From the NCBI RefSeq assembly GCF_023055435.1, contig NW_025963924.1:11904001-11968000 (forward strand): 64,000 nucleotides of DNA. Direction: 5' to 3'. The translations under genes and the position numbers were made by a program. Positions within the stretch are counted from its first letter, which is position 1. The number at the start of each line of letters is the position of its first letter. Below the pieces are notes generated by a model. That model saw nothing but the letters and a program-made list of their open reading frames with translations, searched no databases and was not told the origin of the DNA. Shown one piece after another: positions 23,611 to 38,500 of the stretch. Origin of the DNA: Haliotis rufescens. Taxonomy: Eukaryota.

Positions 23611-26600
23611 TCTTAGCTCTCTGTTGATACATGCCATGTTTGTGTCTGATCGTGTGTTGCAGCCGTTTTGGTTTCCAATAGGACAATGTTTGTTTCCAAC
23701 CCTTTAATCTTTTAAGAGTCTATTGTGCCATTCTATGCTATCCGAAATATGTTTTTGACGGAATACTGTATTAATCTCCAACTCTGGGAGCAATAAAATG
23801 TTTTTAAAAATTCTTTGTAATGCATTAAAAACAAAACTCCCAAGTGACGTGAGCAGTAATTACACGATCATCCTTCGTATGATCTTCAAGATCAGCTACT
23901 CAGATCTGTCAGTGACAGCATTGCTGCATTTTGTTTTAAGGGATTGCTCACTTTCCAACACTAAATTTTTCAAAGCGCTGTTTGGAAATATTAATTCTGA
24001 TACATTAACAATTAATCCAAAGCCAGGTTATGTCGTAGAACTGCTCCTATTTAATCTTCCAAGCACAGCCTTGTATCTGATGATAATGATTTTGCACTTG
24101 AGAACAAATAACATCTTTCAAACGACGTTCATGATCTGAAACAGAGTTACATGAAAACTATGATCATCATGTTATAGAGTGTGTGAATTAAAAGTTAGGA
24201 ATCAGGAAGGGAGTCAGCACAATGTGAGTCTTCTAACGACGACTGGCTGTGGATGTAACGACGATCAAGTAACTGGGTGAGTCAATGCTGTTTTAGCAGT
24301 ACAGTCAGCAATATTCCTAATACATTCTTTGCCCTGTTAATAATCAATAGAAGTTTAACTTGAAAATGATAGAGAACTTTACTGTCAACAAATCGTCTTT
24401 ATAGTGCAACTGACGTTTTCGACGTCTATAAAAATAGACAATTATTGCATTCTGAATGTATTTTATGAAAATGCTAAGGACATGGCAAAGGTAGTTTATG
24501 CTGTGCATTAACTTCCAAATCAGTGACAAAAAATATGTCCTATGTAATTCCTTATTTTGACTTGTGCCATATGTTCCCGTGGTTTTCTTTAGGGGAACAT
24601 CGTCGTTACACGGCTGAAATATTGCCGATGCGACGCTAAATTTAACTCACTCACTCTGGTGAACAATTGACATGCCTTTGCATGTGTTTGTGACGGTTGC
24701 CACCGGTAGGGCATGATTTGCTTACCATATCGCGAACACCTTGTATCATCACTCTTTGATAGTAATTCATAAACACATTTCTTACGAATACTGAATGGGT
24801 TTTGTCGCTTTTATTTATGTCATGTTGTTAAATGCTAAGGGGAATTTGTTATATCATATCAAGATATAATGCTATGGTGCGCTTTTTATATTATATCCAT
24901 GTATTGTGCTGTTGTGAGTTCGTTATATTATATCCATCTATTGTGCCCGACACCCCTTGATGAAACATAGATAATAAACAAGCGCCTTCTGGAAATGCCA
25001 GTTATGTGTTCTCATGGCATTTCAAAACTCTTAATTTACAATATGAGTACTCTCACAGGAAAAGGAATCTACTGACTGTAAAATGCAATACCAACGTCTG
25101 AACATATCACTGGAAGGCAGAATTGGTATTGTCAAGACGCTTTTGGATACCCTATAAATATTGTCGAAATAGTAAGAACGTAAAAGCGCATTTGTAATCC
25201 GATTCAATTAAATTTCAAATACCTCTGAATTTTATCCTATTTCATACATTAAACCTGAGGAGACCGTGTGATAAGTTTTAATAAACGTCACAAACAATTC
25301 AATTTATACATGTAATTTGACTGATCGAAGGATGTGTCTGACAGTGTGGATGTGTTTGAATGTGAAAGGAGCTTTGGAAGTTTCTGGAGTTGAGTCTATT
25401 GAAATTCCCCAGGTTTAATCTCGTTATCAGTTGGCGAGACATTGTCGCGTGGATTGGGGATTGTGAGAGATGGGTCTTGAGCTGATCATGTACGTGTTGA
25501 TATATTACCGACATGAAATCTTGCCTATTTTAGCCATGGGACGGTCTGCACGTGTTTGAGCCACAATGTAACAAAAGTTTTTATTTTACAAGCTTTACCA
25601 ATAGAAATAATCTGCATCCGCTGCATTCTCAACATAATGCAATCAAGCTTCGTCACGTGACACATTTCAAACTCCATAGCGTTCGATTCTTCAAATGTCC
25701 AAGCAAATGCCCACGGATACTAACAATAATTAAACTTTATTTCCACCAAATCGTTCTCATTTGTTTAATCTAGATTATCTTTGTGCGTGACTGCAAAGAT
25801 GTTGAGATGCCTAAAAGGAAAACATTAAGACGTTCTCATTTCCCCAGTGAAACAAATCATCATAATTCACATCTGTAACTACAGTTTCTTCAAAAGCAAA
25901 TCAACTGCATTCAAGGTCGGCTTTTCTGAAAAACAATGTCTGCAATCGTTCGACTAAGGTCATGAAGACCCTTAAATGGATTTTGTAAATGTTTTTTTCA
26001 AAGTGTGCTTCACAAATGCTACAGCTTAAGTCAAGACTAAAATGAAGAAGGCTAACAGTTAGGCGTCTGGGAAATGACATTATTTATTAAGGTTAAAATC
26101 AATAAATCACAAGTTGTAAACGAGGAGCCATCTAACCACAAGCTCTTTCTGTAATCTTGATGTTCTAATCCTGTTCTGAGCCGAGAGGGGTTGCATTGCA
26201 TGTAAGAAAATACCGGTGTAGGTGATTTGGGAAGTGTCCATCAGAGCTATTGCTTATTATAGTGCCGCTTGACGGTTTATTATAAGATTCATAACAAGAT
26301 TCATTACCTAACCAGGATTTTCTCCCTGGCATGATATCGAAACCTTCAAAACATCCCTCATAGCAACAATTGCATTTGAAGCCACAAGCGTTCGATTGCC
26401 GTTCCCTTCATAGTTTGACTAGACTAGTTTCATAGACTAGTCTCGTGTTTCTTGTATCATCACATCATCCATTCTCCCCATCCCCGTCACCTCTACATCG
26501 CCTCAATAACCCAGGGCCTTCAGCATTGCAACCCATCTCCACCACAATGACCCAGGGCATCCGTCCTCGTCAACAATTCTCCACTACAATAACCCATGCC

Positions 26601-26877
26601 CACCATCACCATCAACCCACCTCTACCACAGCAACCCAGGGCATCCGCCCCCCTCGACATGAAGGGAAATTTGACTCTTTGAAAGTCCTCTCTCTTGTAA
26701 TTCAGACTTCTAAGTTTTTTGTCTTTCGAATTTCTTTAGGTATGGATATTAAAATGACGTAGTTTCATGGGTGTCTTTTATGTCTAGTGCATGTGGATGC
26801 CCTGAATGGTTTATCCCTTAATCAACAGTGGGGAAGTCCAGCAATACACTTCTTCTTTTCGCAGTAACTTTCAGATG

Positions 26878-29800
26878 ACCCATGGCTCCAATCACCATCA
26901 ACTCTTCTCCATCCCCATAACCCATGGCTCCTATCACCATCAACTCTTCTCCATCCCCATAACCCATGGCTCCTATCACCATCAACTCTTCTCCACCACC
27001 GTAAACCATGGTTCCTACAACCATCATCCCTTCTCCATCCCCATAACCCATGGCTCCTATCACCATCAACTCTTCTCCATCCCCATAACCCATGGCTCCT
27101 ATCACCATCATCCCTTCTCCATCCCCATAACCCATGGCTCCCATCGCCATCAACTCTTCTCCATCCCCATAACCCATGGCTCCTATCACCATCAACTCTT
27201 CTCGATCTCCATAACCCATGGCTCCTATTACCATCAACTCTTCTCCATCCCCAAAACCCATGGCTCCTATCACCATCAACTCTTCTCCATCCCCATAACC
27301 CATGGCTCCTATCACCGTCAACACTTCTCCATCTCCATAACCCATGGCTCCTATCACCATCAACTCTTCTCCATCCCCATAACCCATGGCTCCTATCACC
27401 ATCAACTCTTCTCCATCCCCATGGCTCCTATCACCATCATCCCTTCTCCATCCCCATAACCCATGGCTCCTATCACCATCAACTCTTCTCCATCCCCATA
27501 ACCCATGGCTGCTATCACCATCATCCCTTCCCCATCCCCATAACCCATGCCTCCTATCACCGTCAACACTTCTCCATCCCCATAACCCATTGCTCCTATC
27601 ACCATCAACTCTTCTCCATCCCCATAACCCATGGCTCCTATCACCGTCAACACTTCTCCATCTCCATAACCCATGGCTCCTATCACCATCAACTCTTCTC
27701 CATCCCCATAACCCATGGCTCCTATCACAATCAACTCTTCTCCATCCCCATAACCCATGGCTCCTATCACCGTCAACACTTCTCCATCTCCATAGCCTAT
27801 GGCTCCTATCACCATCAACTCTTCTCCATCTCCATAACCCATGGCTCCTATCACCGTCAACACTTCTCCATCCCCCAAACCCATGGCTCCTATCACCATC
27901 GACTCTTCTCCATCCCCATAACCCATGGCTCCTATCACCGTCAACTCTTCTCCATCCCCATAACCCATGGCTCCTATCACGATCAACTCTTCTCCATCCC
28001 CATAACCCATGGCTCCTATCACCATCAACTCTTCTCCATCCCCATAACCCATGGCTCCTATCACCGTCAACTCTTCTCCATCCCCATAACCCATGGCTCC
28101 TATCACCGTCAACACTTCTCCATCCCCATAACCCATGGCTCCTATCACGATCAACTCTTCTCCATCCCCATAACCCATGGCTCCTATCACCATCAACTCT
28201 TCTCCACCACCGTAAACCATGGTTCCTACAACCATCATCCCTTCTCCATCCCCATAACCCATGGCTCCTATCACCATCAACTCTTCTCCATCCCCATAAC
28301 CCATGGCTCCTATCACCATCATCCCTTCTCCATCCCCATAACCCATGGCTCCCATCGCCATCAACTCTTCTCCATCCCCATAACCAATGGCTCCTATCAC
28401 CATCAACTCTTCTCGATCTCCATAACCCATGGCTCCTATTACCATCAACTCTTCTCCATCCCCAAAACCCATGGCTCCTATCACCATCAACTCTTCTCCA
28501 TCCCCATAACCCATGGCTCCTATCACCGTCAACACTTCTCCATCTCCATAACCCATGGCTCCTATCACCATCAACTCTTCTCCATCCCCATAACCCATGG
28601 CTCCTATCACCATCAACTCTTCTCCATCCCCATGGCTCCTATCACCATCATCCCTTCTCCATCCCCATAACCCATGGCTCCTATCACCATCAACTCTTCT
28701 CCATCCCCATAACCCATGGCTCCTATCACCATCATCCCTTCTCCATCCCCATAACCCATGCCTCCTATCACCGTCAACACTTCTCCATCCCCATAACCCA
28801 TTGCTCCTATCACCATCAACTCTTCTCCATCCCCATAACCCATGGCTCCTATCACCGTCAACACTTCTCCATCTCCATAACCCATGGCTCCTATCACCAT
28901 CAACTCTTCTCCATCCCCATAACCCATGGCTCCTATCACCATCAACTCTTCTCCACCACCGTAAACCATGGTTCCTACAACCATCATCCCTTCTCCATCC
29001 CCATAACCCATGGCTCCTATCACCATCAACTCTTCTCCATCCCCATAACCCATGGCTCCTATCACCATCATCCCTTCTCCATCCCCATAACCCATGGCTC
29101 CCATCGCCATCAACTCTTCTCCATCCCCATAACCCATGGCTCCTATCACCATCAACTCTTCTCGATCTCCATAACCCATGGCTCCTATTACCATCAACTC
29201 TTCTCCATCCCCAAAACCCATGGCTCCTATCACCATCAACTCTTCTCCATCCCCATAACCCATGGCTCCTATCACCGTCAACACTTCTCCATCTCCATAA
29301 CCCATGGCTCCTATCACCATCAACTCTTCTCCATCCCCATAACCCATGGCTCCTATCACCATCAACTCTTCTCCATCCCCATGGCTCCTATCACCATCAT
29401 CCCTTCTCCATCCCCATAACCCATGGCTCCTATCACCATCAACTCTTCTCCATCCCCATAACCCATGGCTGCTATCACCATCATCCCTTCCCCATCCCCA
29501 TAACCCATGCCTCCTATCACCGTCAACACTTCTCCATCCCCATAACCCATTGCTCCTATCACCATCAACTCTTCTCCATCCCCATAACCCATGGCTCCTA
29601 TCACCGTCAACACTTCTCCATCTCCATAACCCATGGCTCCTATCACCATCAACTCTTCTCCATCCCCATAACCCATGGCTCCTATCACAATCAACTCTTC
29701 TCCATCCCCATAACCCATGGCTCCTATCACCGTCAACACTTCTCCATCTCCATAGCCTATGGCTCCTATCACCATCAACTCTTCTCCATCTCCATAACCC

Positions 29801-31237
29801 ATGGCTCCTATCACCGTCAACACTTCTCCATCCCCCAAACCCATGGCTCCTATCACCGTCAACACTTCTCCATCCCCATAACCCATGGCTCCTATCACGA
29901 TCAACTCTTCTCCATCCCCATAACCCATGGCTCCTATCACCATCGACTCTTCTCCACCACCGTAAACCATGGTTCCTACAACCATCATCCCTTCTCCATC
30001 CCCATAACCCATGGCTCCTATCACCATCAACTCTTCTCCATCCCCATAACCCATGGCTCCTATCACCATCATCCCTTCTCCATCCCCATAACCCATGGCT
30101 CCCATCGCCATCAACTCTTCTCCATCCCCATAACCCATGGCTCCTATCACCATCAACTCTTCTCGATCTCCATAACCCATGGCTCCTATTACCATCAACT
30201 CTTCTCCATCCCCAAAACCCATGGCTCCTATCACCATCAACTCTTCTCCATCCCCATAACCCATGGCTCCTATCACCATCAACACTTCTCCATCTCCATA
30301 ACCCATGGCTCCTATCACCATCAACTCTTCTCCATCCCCATAACCCATGGCTCCTATCACCATCAACTCTTCTCCATCCCCATGGCTCCTATCACCATCA
30401 TCCCTTCTCCATCCCCATAACCCATGGCTCCTATCACCATCAACTCTTCTCCATCCCCATAACCCATGGCTCCTATCACCATCATCCCTTCTCCATCCCC
30501 ATAACCCATGCCTCCTATCACCGTCAACACTTCTCCATCCCCATAACCCATTGCTCCTATCACCATCAACTCTTCTCCATCCCCATAACCCATGGCTCCT
30601 ATCACCGTCAACACTTCTCCATCTCCATAACCCATGGCTCCTATCACCATCAACTCTTCTCCATCCTCATAACCCATGGCTCCTATCACAATCAACTCTT
30701 CTCCATCCCCATAACCCATGGCTCCTATCACCGTCAACACTTCTCCATCTCCATAGCCTATGGCTCCTATCACCATCAACTCTTCTCCATCTCCATAACC
30801 CATGGCTCCTATCACCGTCAACACTTCTCCATCCCCCAAACCCATGGCTCCTATCACCGTCAACACTTCTCCATCCCCATAACCCATGGCTCCTATCACC
30901 ATCAACTCTTCTCCATCCCCATAACCCATGGCTCCTATCACCGTCAACACTTCTCCATCTCCATAACCCATGGCTCCTATCACCATCAACTCTTCTCCTT
31001 CCCCATAACCCATGACTCCTATCACCGTCACCTCTTCTCCATCCCCAAAACCCATGGCTCCTATCACCGTCAACACTTCTCAATCCCAATAACCCATGGC
31101 TCCTATCACCATCAACTCTTCTCCATCCCCATAGCCCATGGCTCCTATCACCATCAACTCTTCTCCATCCCCATAACCCATGGCTCCTATCACCGTCAAC
31201 CCTTCACCGTCCCCATAACCCATGGCTCCTATCACCA
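26878..31237. repeat. 42-bp minisatellite, ~104 copies, with higher-order structure
   Basis: Unit ACCCATGGCTCCTATCACCATCAACTCTTCTCCATCCCCATA. Confidence 0.98.
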
Positions 31238-32399
31238 GTGATGTCAATCACTGTATTTTTTATAGGCCGCCGTCATATAGCTGGAATTTAGCTGAGTGCA
31301 GCGTTAAACAACAAACCAAAAACACCACCTGAACCTATTGCTGCTATCACCGTCAACTCTTCTCCACCACTATAACCCATGGCCACCATCACCCTCAACC
31401 CAACTTCTCAGCCGACACTCTTCGCATCTGTGTATCACGCCATCAACAAAAAACTATCACCCGTCTCCGTCCCCACCGTTCCCGTCCCTGGCATCTGTCC
31501 CGTCACGCCTCCCTTGTCTGGTTGTAACACTTTTCCACTCCAGAACTGATACATATGCCGCGTGTACACGACCTACAGCAGGATAATGCCACACAATCTG
31601 ATCCAATTTGACCTTAAAGAAATCACAGGCCGAGGCGATGTTGGAGAATGGGGTAATTAGCAATAGGGCCTCGCCTATTAAAGGAACCAGGTTCAGTGCA
31701 AGGAGGTCCCTGGCCAGAAGCACACACTGAAGTACTGCCTGACATGAGATGTGTATTAGAGGGTACGTTTGCAAGGTCCCGCTACGAGCAAGTAGAAACA
31801 TCAATCCTAATGCATCCTTATAAGCTGATTAAGCAGGGAGTCGTGTCGTTCTCAACAGAACTGCAATTACCCCACGACTGAGAACACAAGAATCATGGGT
31901 TGCACGTTCTGACTATGTTCGGAATCAAACGTGGACTGTCTGCAAGATAAATGTGTTCGTCAACCACAGGGCTACCCCTGAAGTGATCCTGTTTAGGGGG
32001 CTGAGGTTTCATCGATTTACAACAATTGTCCATGGCCAAACGGCAATACATCGATGTCAAACTAAATTATCCAGAACCTGTAACATTTAGCTATGTGTTT
32101 AATCACTGTCTTACCCATTTCTATGCTAACAACCACATGTGTGTATATATTGTATGTAACTTGGTAATGAGTTGTAATCTGACTCTAACAACTCCCCTGT
32201 CTGTCTTTTCAAAGTTGGATGTGTTCGGCTTTGATATATCGAATCAAGCCAAGAACATTGCGTACTGTGAAAGAAAAGCTGCTCCTTGTACTGATCTGAT
32301 GGTGTTGCAATATCAGTATAACTCCTGCATTACAATACTTAAAGGGTTAGTAGCTATTTAACAAAAGAAACATCTGTCTACATTGCTCATTTATAACAT

Positions 32400-32570
32400 G
32401 TGTCACGTTGCAAGAGTTATATTGGAGAAGTATATGAAAGTTATGACGTGGATGGGTGTCACATTGCAAGCGTTACATTGGAGAAGTATATGAAAGCTAT
32501 GACGCGGCTGGGTGTCACGCTGCAAGAGTTACAATGGAGAAGTATATGAAAGCTTTGCCGCGGATGGGTT
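32400..32570. repeat. ~57-bp tandem repeat, 3 copies
   Basis: TGTCAC.TTGCAAG.GTTA.ATTGGAGAAGTATATGAAAG repeated. Confidence 0.9.
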
Positions 32571-35029
32571 AAACAAGATACGTGTTTGTGATCAGCTGAC
32601 ACAGACAGACCGGTATGATCTCGACTATTAAACAGTTCATAGCAAAGTGTTTACGATTATATTAATTACAAACACATTTTATTTTCGAGGCTTAAACTAA
32701 CTTCTCTTATTCAACACGAAACTTGAAACAAGACAGAAATACCTACCTCCCCCCTATTGTAAGTGTCGAACTGTCGTCGCATGGAGTTTTGCAAAGAAAG
32801 TGCTGTTAGAGGGGTTTTAAATTCGATTAATTTGATATTAAAACAAATTATGGAATTTCTTGGTTTCACAGAATAGCCTATACATGCTTGAAACAACTCG
32901 TGTCAAACAAACTCTAAGCATGTCTCATAATAAAAGCTATGAACCTTAAAGTCTGTTGTTTAGTCAAGGATAAAGTTTCGTTAAGCCGCCTATATATGTA
33001 TGGACAGAGCATCACAAAGTCTGTTCTATATACAAGGATAGAGCATCCCACAAATATCTTCTGAAACACTGACAGAGCATCACTAAAACAGTTCTAGACA
33101 TTCGATTAGAGCATCATCTTATTATGGAAACACAGATATGAGCTTCTCCAAAAGCATCTCTAAACCGGTTCTATAATACTGAACCGCGAAAGAAACGTCA
33201 CTTCATTAGAATAATTCATGAAAGTTTATCATTGAAATATCCATACATTTTTGGAGGTATCTCGTTTTTTATATTAGTCTGTATCCAAATTGAATGCTAA
33301 CGGCCACAAAGCGACACAAATATGGATATAATGGGTCGCCAAAACGCAGTTTAACAAACGTCCATGGTACAAAGTCCCGAATGCTTACCATGAAACTCAA
33401 ACTTCACTTGCGTTTCCTTGCGCCTTTCTAATAAACAGCACCCCAATACGTGGATCTAACACTCCTGTATCGATACTGGCGCCATACCAAGACTTACGAA
33501 GAAGAGAAACCAGGCTTTATGATGACTGCATGCTTGTCAAACTGCGCGAATGGTTGCCAATGCTTTTAATGTCCACGTAGGAACCATCTACAGACCACAG
33601 CAACGATACCAGGTCACCAATAGCATGCTGTCGTCACAAAGCTTGGTTTTTCTCAAACCCATGGGATCAAATAATTGACACACTAGACTGACGTACATAT
33701 GCTTACTTGTTTTATTCTTAGCAAAGTTGCACGTGAGTGGCAAAAGAAAATCAAGTTTAAGACTTTGAAACATCGATAATGTGATATACCTTTTACAATT
33801 GCACTCTCGTAATTAGAAAGAAAAAATATATAGACTCATGTCTACTACATGTTAACTTTGTCAATAACATTTGCCATTTACAATTAGATTAAAGGAAAAT
33901 ACTAAACTTGTTGAACAATCCTGTTCTTTTACAGCGATGTAAGATGAATGTGTGAGGAATTGTACAACAAGGAGAATTGCTCAACACTCCGTGAAATACA
34001 TGTTTAAAGCTGTTAAAGAGGCAGGTAATACAGGTAGGGTACGAAATTCTATAGCAAAATCAAACTTGGTACCGAGATACATCTATGTATGTTTACTCGA
34101 ATTCGAAACATCAGGACTGGAAAATAGCTTCGAGTTATGGGTAAATTCGAGATAAAGGATCTCGATGTAATAGGGCCCGACTGAAATATGATATGATTAC
34201 ATTCACTTCACATGCATGTTGTCAAAGATTTATGGTTGCTTGCTGTCAATAGTACTACTTGTGTTACATAATTCGAAAGCAAACTGTAACAAATGGCTGA
34301 AACATTTGTGTGGTAACTATAAAATATATCATACTGACCAAACAAAAGTAACTTTGTCAAAATCACATTTATTAGAATTTGGATTCGAACACGAAATTCT
34401 GTTCATAAATCGTGTAAAACCAATCGTAGAAATACAACAGACATCCAGCAACCGAGTCACATGCTTAAGTTCACTAAAATCCGTGTAAAATTACCTAATT
34501 CGCCGAAATTGGAAATTCATTTGCAGCAACATCATGAATGCATATATGTGTATAAAACAACTCACAATCCACGTATTACAACCATCAAGAATACCGCGCT
34601 ACCCACTGTCCTCTCTTGTACAATCACTGAGAAGACCTCTTTACCCACTATCCTCTTTTGTTCAACCGCCGAGAAGACACCTTTGCCCATTATCCACATT
34701 TCACTGACGACCGTCACCAACACACGCTTACCAACCACAATGATGTCCACACCCTCAACATACACTTAATGATGGTAACAATTCCTTGTCTATAGCTAAT
34801 CCTAAACCGACCGCTGCCAATGCCCACCACTGTGCGCCCTGTCTTCAATCATTTTCAAGAACTGCCGACCCGCTCAAAACCACTGAGTACCATCTCTAAA
34901 GCACTGTCCGCCCTCTCGAGAACTAAATACACCCTCTCCAAACCAAATGCTCACCCTGTCAACAACCAGTGTGCACCCTCTTAACAACCAATGTCCACCA
35001 TGTCTAAACCACTGTACGTCCTTTGAACA

Positions 35030-35860
35030 ACAATTGTCTACCCTCTCAACAACCAGTGTTCATCACTCTAAAACCCTTGTCCACCATCTCTTCAAACCAC
35101 TGTCCGTCTCTCAACAACCCTTGTCCACCATCTCTACAAACCATTGTCCGTCTCTCAACAACCACTGTCCACCATCTCTACAAACCACTGTCCGTCTCTC
35201 AACAACCATTGTCCACCATCTCTACGGACCATTGTCCCTCTCTCAACAACCCTTATCCACCATCTCTACAAACCACTGTCCATCATCTCTACAGACCAGT
35301 GTCCCTCTCTCAACAACCCTTGTTCTTATTTCTACAAACCACTGTCTGTCTCTCAACAACCCTTGTCCACCATCTCTACAAACCACTGTCCGTCTCTCAA
35401 CAACCCTTGTCCACCATCTCTACAGACCACTGTCCGTCTCTCAACAACCATTGTCCACCATCTCTACAAACCACTGTCCGTCTCTCAACTACCCTTGTCC
35501 ACCATCTCTACAGACCACTGTCCGTCTCTCAACAACCCTTGTCCACCATCTCTACAAACCACTGTCCGTCTCTCAACGACCCTTGTCCACCATCTCTACA
35601 AACCACTGTCCGTCTCTCAACAACCCTTGTCCACCATCTCCACAGACCACTGTCCGTCTCTCAACAACCATTGTCCACCATCTCTACAAACCACTGTCCG
35701 TCTCTCAACAACCATTGTCCACCATCTCTTCAAACCACTGTCCGTCTCTCAACAACCATTGTCCACTATCTCTACAAACCACTGTCCGTCTCTCAACAAC
35801 CCTTGTCCACCATCTCTACAAACCACTGTCCGTCTCTCGAAACCAATGTCGACCATCTCT
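35030..35860. repeat. 44-bp minisatellite (dimer of ~22-bp subunits), ~18 copies
   Basis: Unit CCACTGTCCGTCTCTCAACAACCCTTGTCCACCATCTCTACAAA. Confidence 0.95.
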
Positions 35861-38039
35861 AAAAGGATTGTCCGCCCTCTAAACAAAAACTGTTCGCCCT
35901 TTCAACAGTCCATGTCTCAACAACCACTGTCCACTCCCTCAACAAAAAACAGCCCTCGTTTTGCTCATGTATTCGGCTGTCAATGTCCACTCCCTGCAAA
36001 TCTCACGGATAGGCCCAACCTCATTCCTCAATCCTTCGCTATTTCCCTAGCAAGATACACAAGCCTTGCACGTCGTGCAGAGAGAGCATCTGTTAAGTAC
36101 ATTTACCTTGTTATAGAAATAAGCACGTTGTCACCATCTTGACTTTTTGCTCATTATATTGTCTCGTCAATCAGAGCCGCAGCCTGAGTTCGATCACAGC
36201 CGCTCCAGCCACGTCGTGATTGAAAAATGACAGTGCCAACCCAGATCCATGACAGCTATTTCCAACCTATCGAATCGATCCTCCCTCATTAATGTAACAC
36301 ATTCTCATTGCTTACGATGCTGAGTGGGCTCGATCCCTTCCAATTACTATTTGATACATTTCAACAACCGCAAATGATGCAAATATGTTCAAGGACGTAT
36401 TACCTCAAGTTCCTGTGCTGTGCAGTGTTACGATATATATATTTGGAGAACTGTGAATAGTTTGGAATGAGCCCTCATATACAGCTGTGAAGAACATTCA
36501 CTATACAGGCAGCTTGTTTGAGCGATTTCTGTACACATGTTGAATACACTATTAACCGCCATGGCCTTTACTGTATGCTTGCGGAACCAATGATACATGG
36601 TAAAATGTCAACAGCTGATTTGCTAGCATGACGGCAGTAAATTGCCGATTTCTTTTAGCTTTTGCATCTGTGTTTTTCTTCCGTTCAATCAGAACCATTC
36701 AAATTCCGATAAAAGTTACAAACGATGCATTTTTCCTTTGTAATGGATTAATAACATCATCCGTCATGAAATCTTCAAGATCAGCTGCTAAGATCTGTTA
36801 GTGACAACATTGCGTTATTTTATATCAAGGGATCGCTCACTTTCCAAAACTAAATTTTCCAATCTGCTGTGAAGAAGTATGAAGCGACAGCCATAAATGC
36901 TGATGCATTAAGAATTAATCCAAAGCAAGTTTATGTGTTGAGGGTATAACGTTTTGACGTAGTGCGATAATGACTTTGCACTTGAGAACTTGTAACATCT
37001 CTCCAACGACGTCCGTAATCTGAGTCAGCTGAAAACTATGATCATCATGTTATAGAGTGGGTGAATCAAACGTCAGGCTGGGAGTCAGTACAATGTGAGT
37101 CTTCTAACGACGACTTGCTATGGGTGTAATGAAAAATCTTGTAAATGGGTGAGTAAGTGCTGTTTTAGAGGAACAGGAAGCAATATTCCTGATAAATTCT
37201 TTGACCTGTCAAGAATCAATAGCAGCTGAACATGAAAATGATAGAGAATTTTACTGTTAAAAACTCGTCATTATATTGTAAATAAAGCGACAAAGCCCTG
37301 TCCATATCCAATAGAAATCTCTGCATAAAGCAGAGCCGATTGTACAATCCCGACTTTATCATAAACATGTGTTTATGAATCACATTTTAAACGTGAGTAA
37401 CGTTTTAGACGTCTATCAAAATAGACTATTATTGCATTCTGAACGTATTTTATGACATGTGAAGGAATATGGTGAACTCGTTATATTTTATCCATATATT
37501 GTGCTTCTCGTGAAGCAGCATGGGTGTTCGTTCAGCATTTCAAAACTCTGAATAAATCTCAGGTAACAACAGTACTATCAAAAGAGAAAGCATCTAATGA
37601 ATGTAAATACAATACCTTTCTTGTGAACATATCACTTGAAGGCAGGATTAGTATAACTAGACGGTGTTGTATGCTCTTTAAATGTTGGTGTTATAGTATG
37701 AACAACAAGGCGTCCTTTTTATCCGAAATCTCAATTACCTCTGAATGTTATCCTTTTTCAAGTTGTACATTAAATCTGAGAAGACTGTGTGATTCATTTT
37801 AATAAACGCCACAAATACCTCGGCTCACAAACGTAATTTGACAGATCGAAGGATGTGCCTGACATTGTGAAGGAGCTTTCAAGTTTTAACCTCGTTATCA
37901 GTGGGTGAGACATTGATGCAGGGATAGGGGATTGTGAGGGGTGTTGAGCTGATCTGGTACATGTTCATATATTACCGGGGTTGCCCAATACGTGTCTAAA
38001 CAACAATTTAACGAAATTCAAGCTTTACCAATAGAATAA

Positions 38040-38500
38040 ATGGAGCAACAAAGCCCTTTCCGTTTCCAATAGAGATATCTGGATAAAGCAGAGTTGATTG
38101 TACAATCCCGACTATATCATGAGCATATGTTTATGAATCACTATCAAAGAGTAATGATACCAGGTGTTCGCGAAAAGGTGAACGTATCCTGCCCCACCGG
38201 TGGCACCCGTCACAAACACATGAAAAGGCAAGTCAATTGTTCACCCGAAAACATATTGGAACATATGGCTCAGGACAAAATAGGGAATTGCATCGGACAT
38301 AATTTTTGTCACTGATGCGTCAAAAATGTCAACCGTTACACTTTTTGAAAGCTTTACTGAGGCCTTGGTAGAAAGAGCATGCTCGATTGTATATCAAAAG
38401 TTGCGAAATGTAAACACCGAAGGCTGGAGCTGCTGGAATATCGCTCGACATGAAGGGAAAGTTGACTATTGGAAAGTTGCAGTCATCCCTCTTATACAGT
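38040..38500 (-). mobile_element. Penelope-like 3' fragment inserted in a P5 intron
   Basis: LYKRDDCNFPIVNFPFMSSDIPAAPAFGVYISQLLIYNRAC (ORF 38329..38538); absent at the equivalent P6 position (~45240). Confidence 0.8.

Larger units (their letters stand above)
23704..36400 (-). pseudogene. P4: paralog; putative non-coding exon ending 36107, signal exon 26066-25883 (start codon deleted), exon 25254-25092, last exon 24135-~23704
   Basis: Colinear with P5/P6; conserved acceptors TTTCCCAG, CTCAG, TTTCAG; LLAFFILVLT, HLQNPFKGLHDLSRTIADI, RRLKDVICSQVQNHY, LILKIIRRMIV*LLLTSLGSFVFNALQR; stops and frameshifts. Confidence 0.7.

Noticed and set aside
26878-31237. CRISPR-like array
   Set aside because: Head-to-tail units with no unique spacers, no cas genes, eukaryotic context.
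26806-31241. Long His-rich or Gly/Met-rich ORFs (up to 677 aa)
   Set aside because: They are translations of a 42-bp minisatellite open in several frames on both strands, shifted by periodic 7-bp deletions, and lie in a paralog intron.
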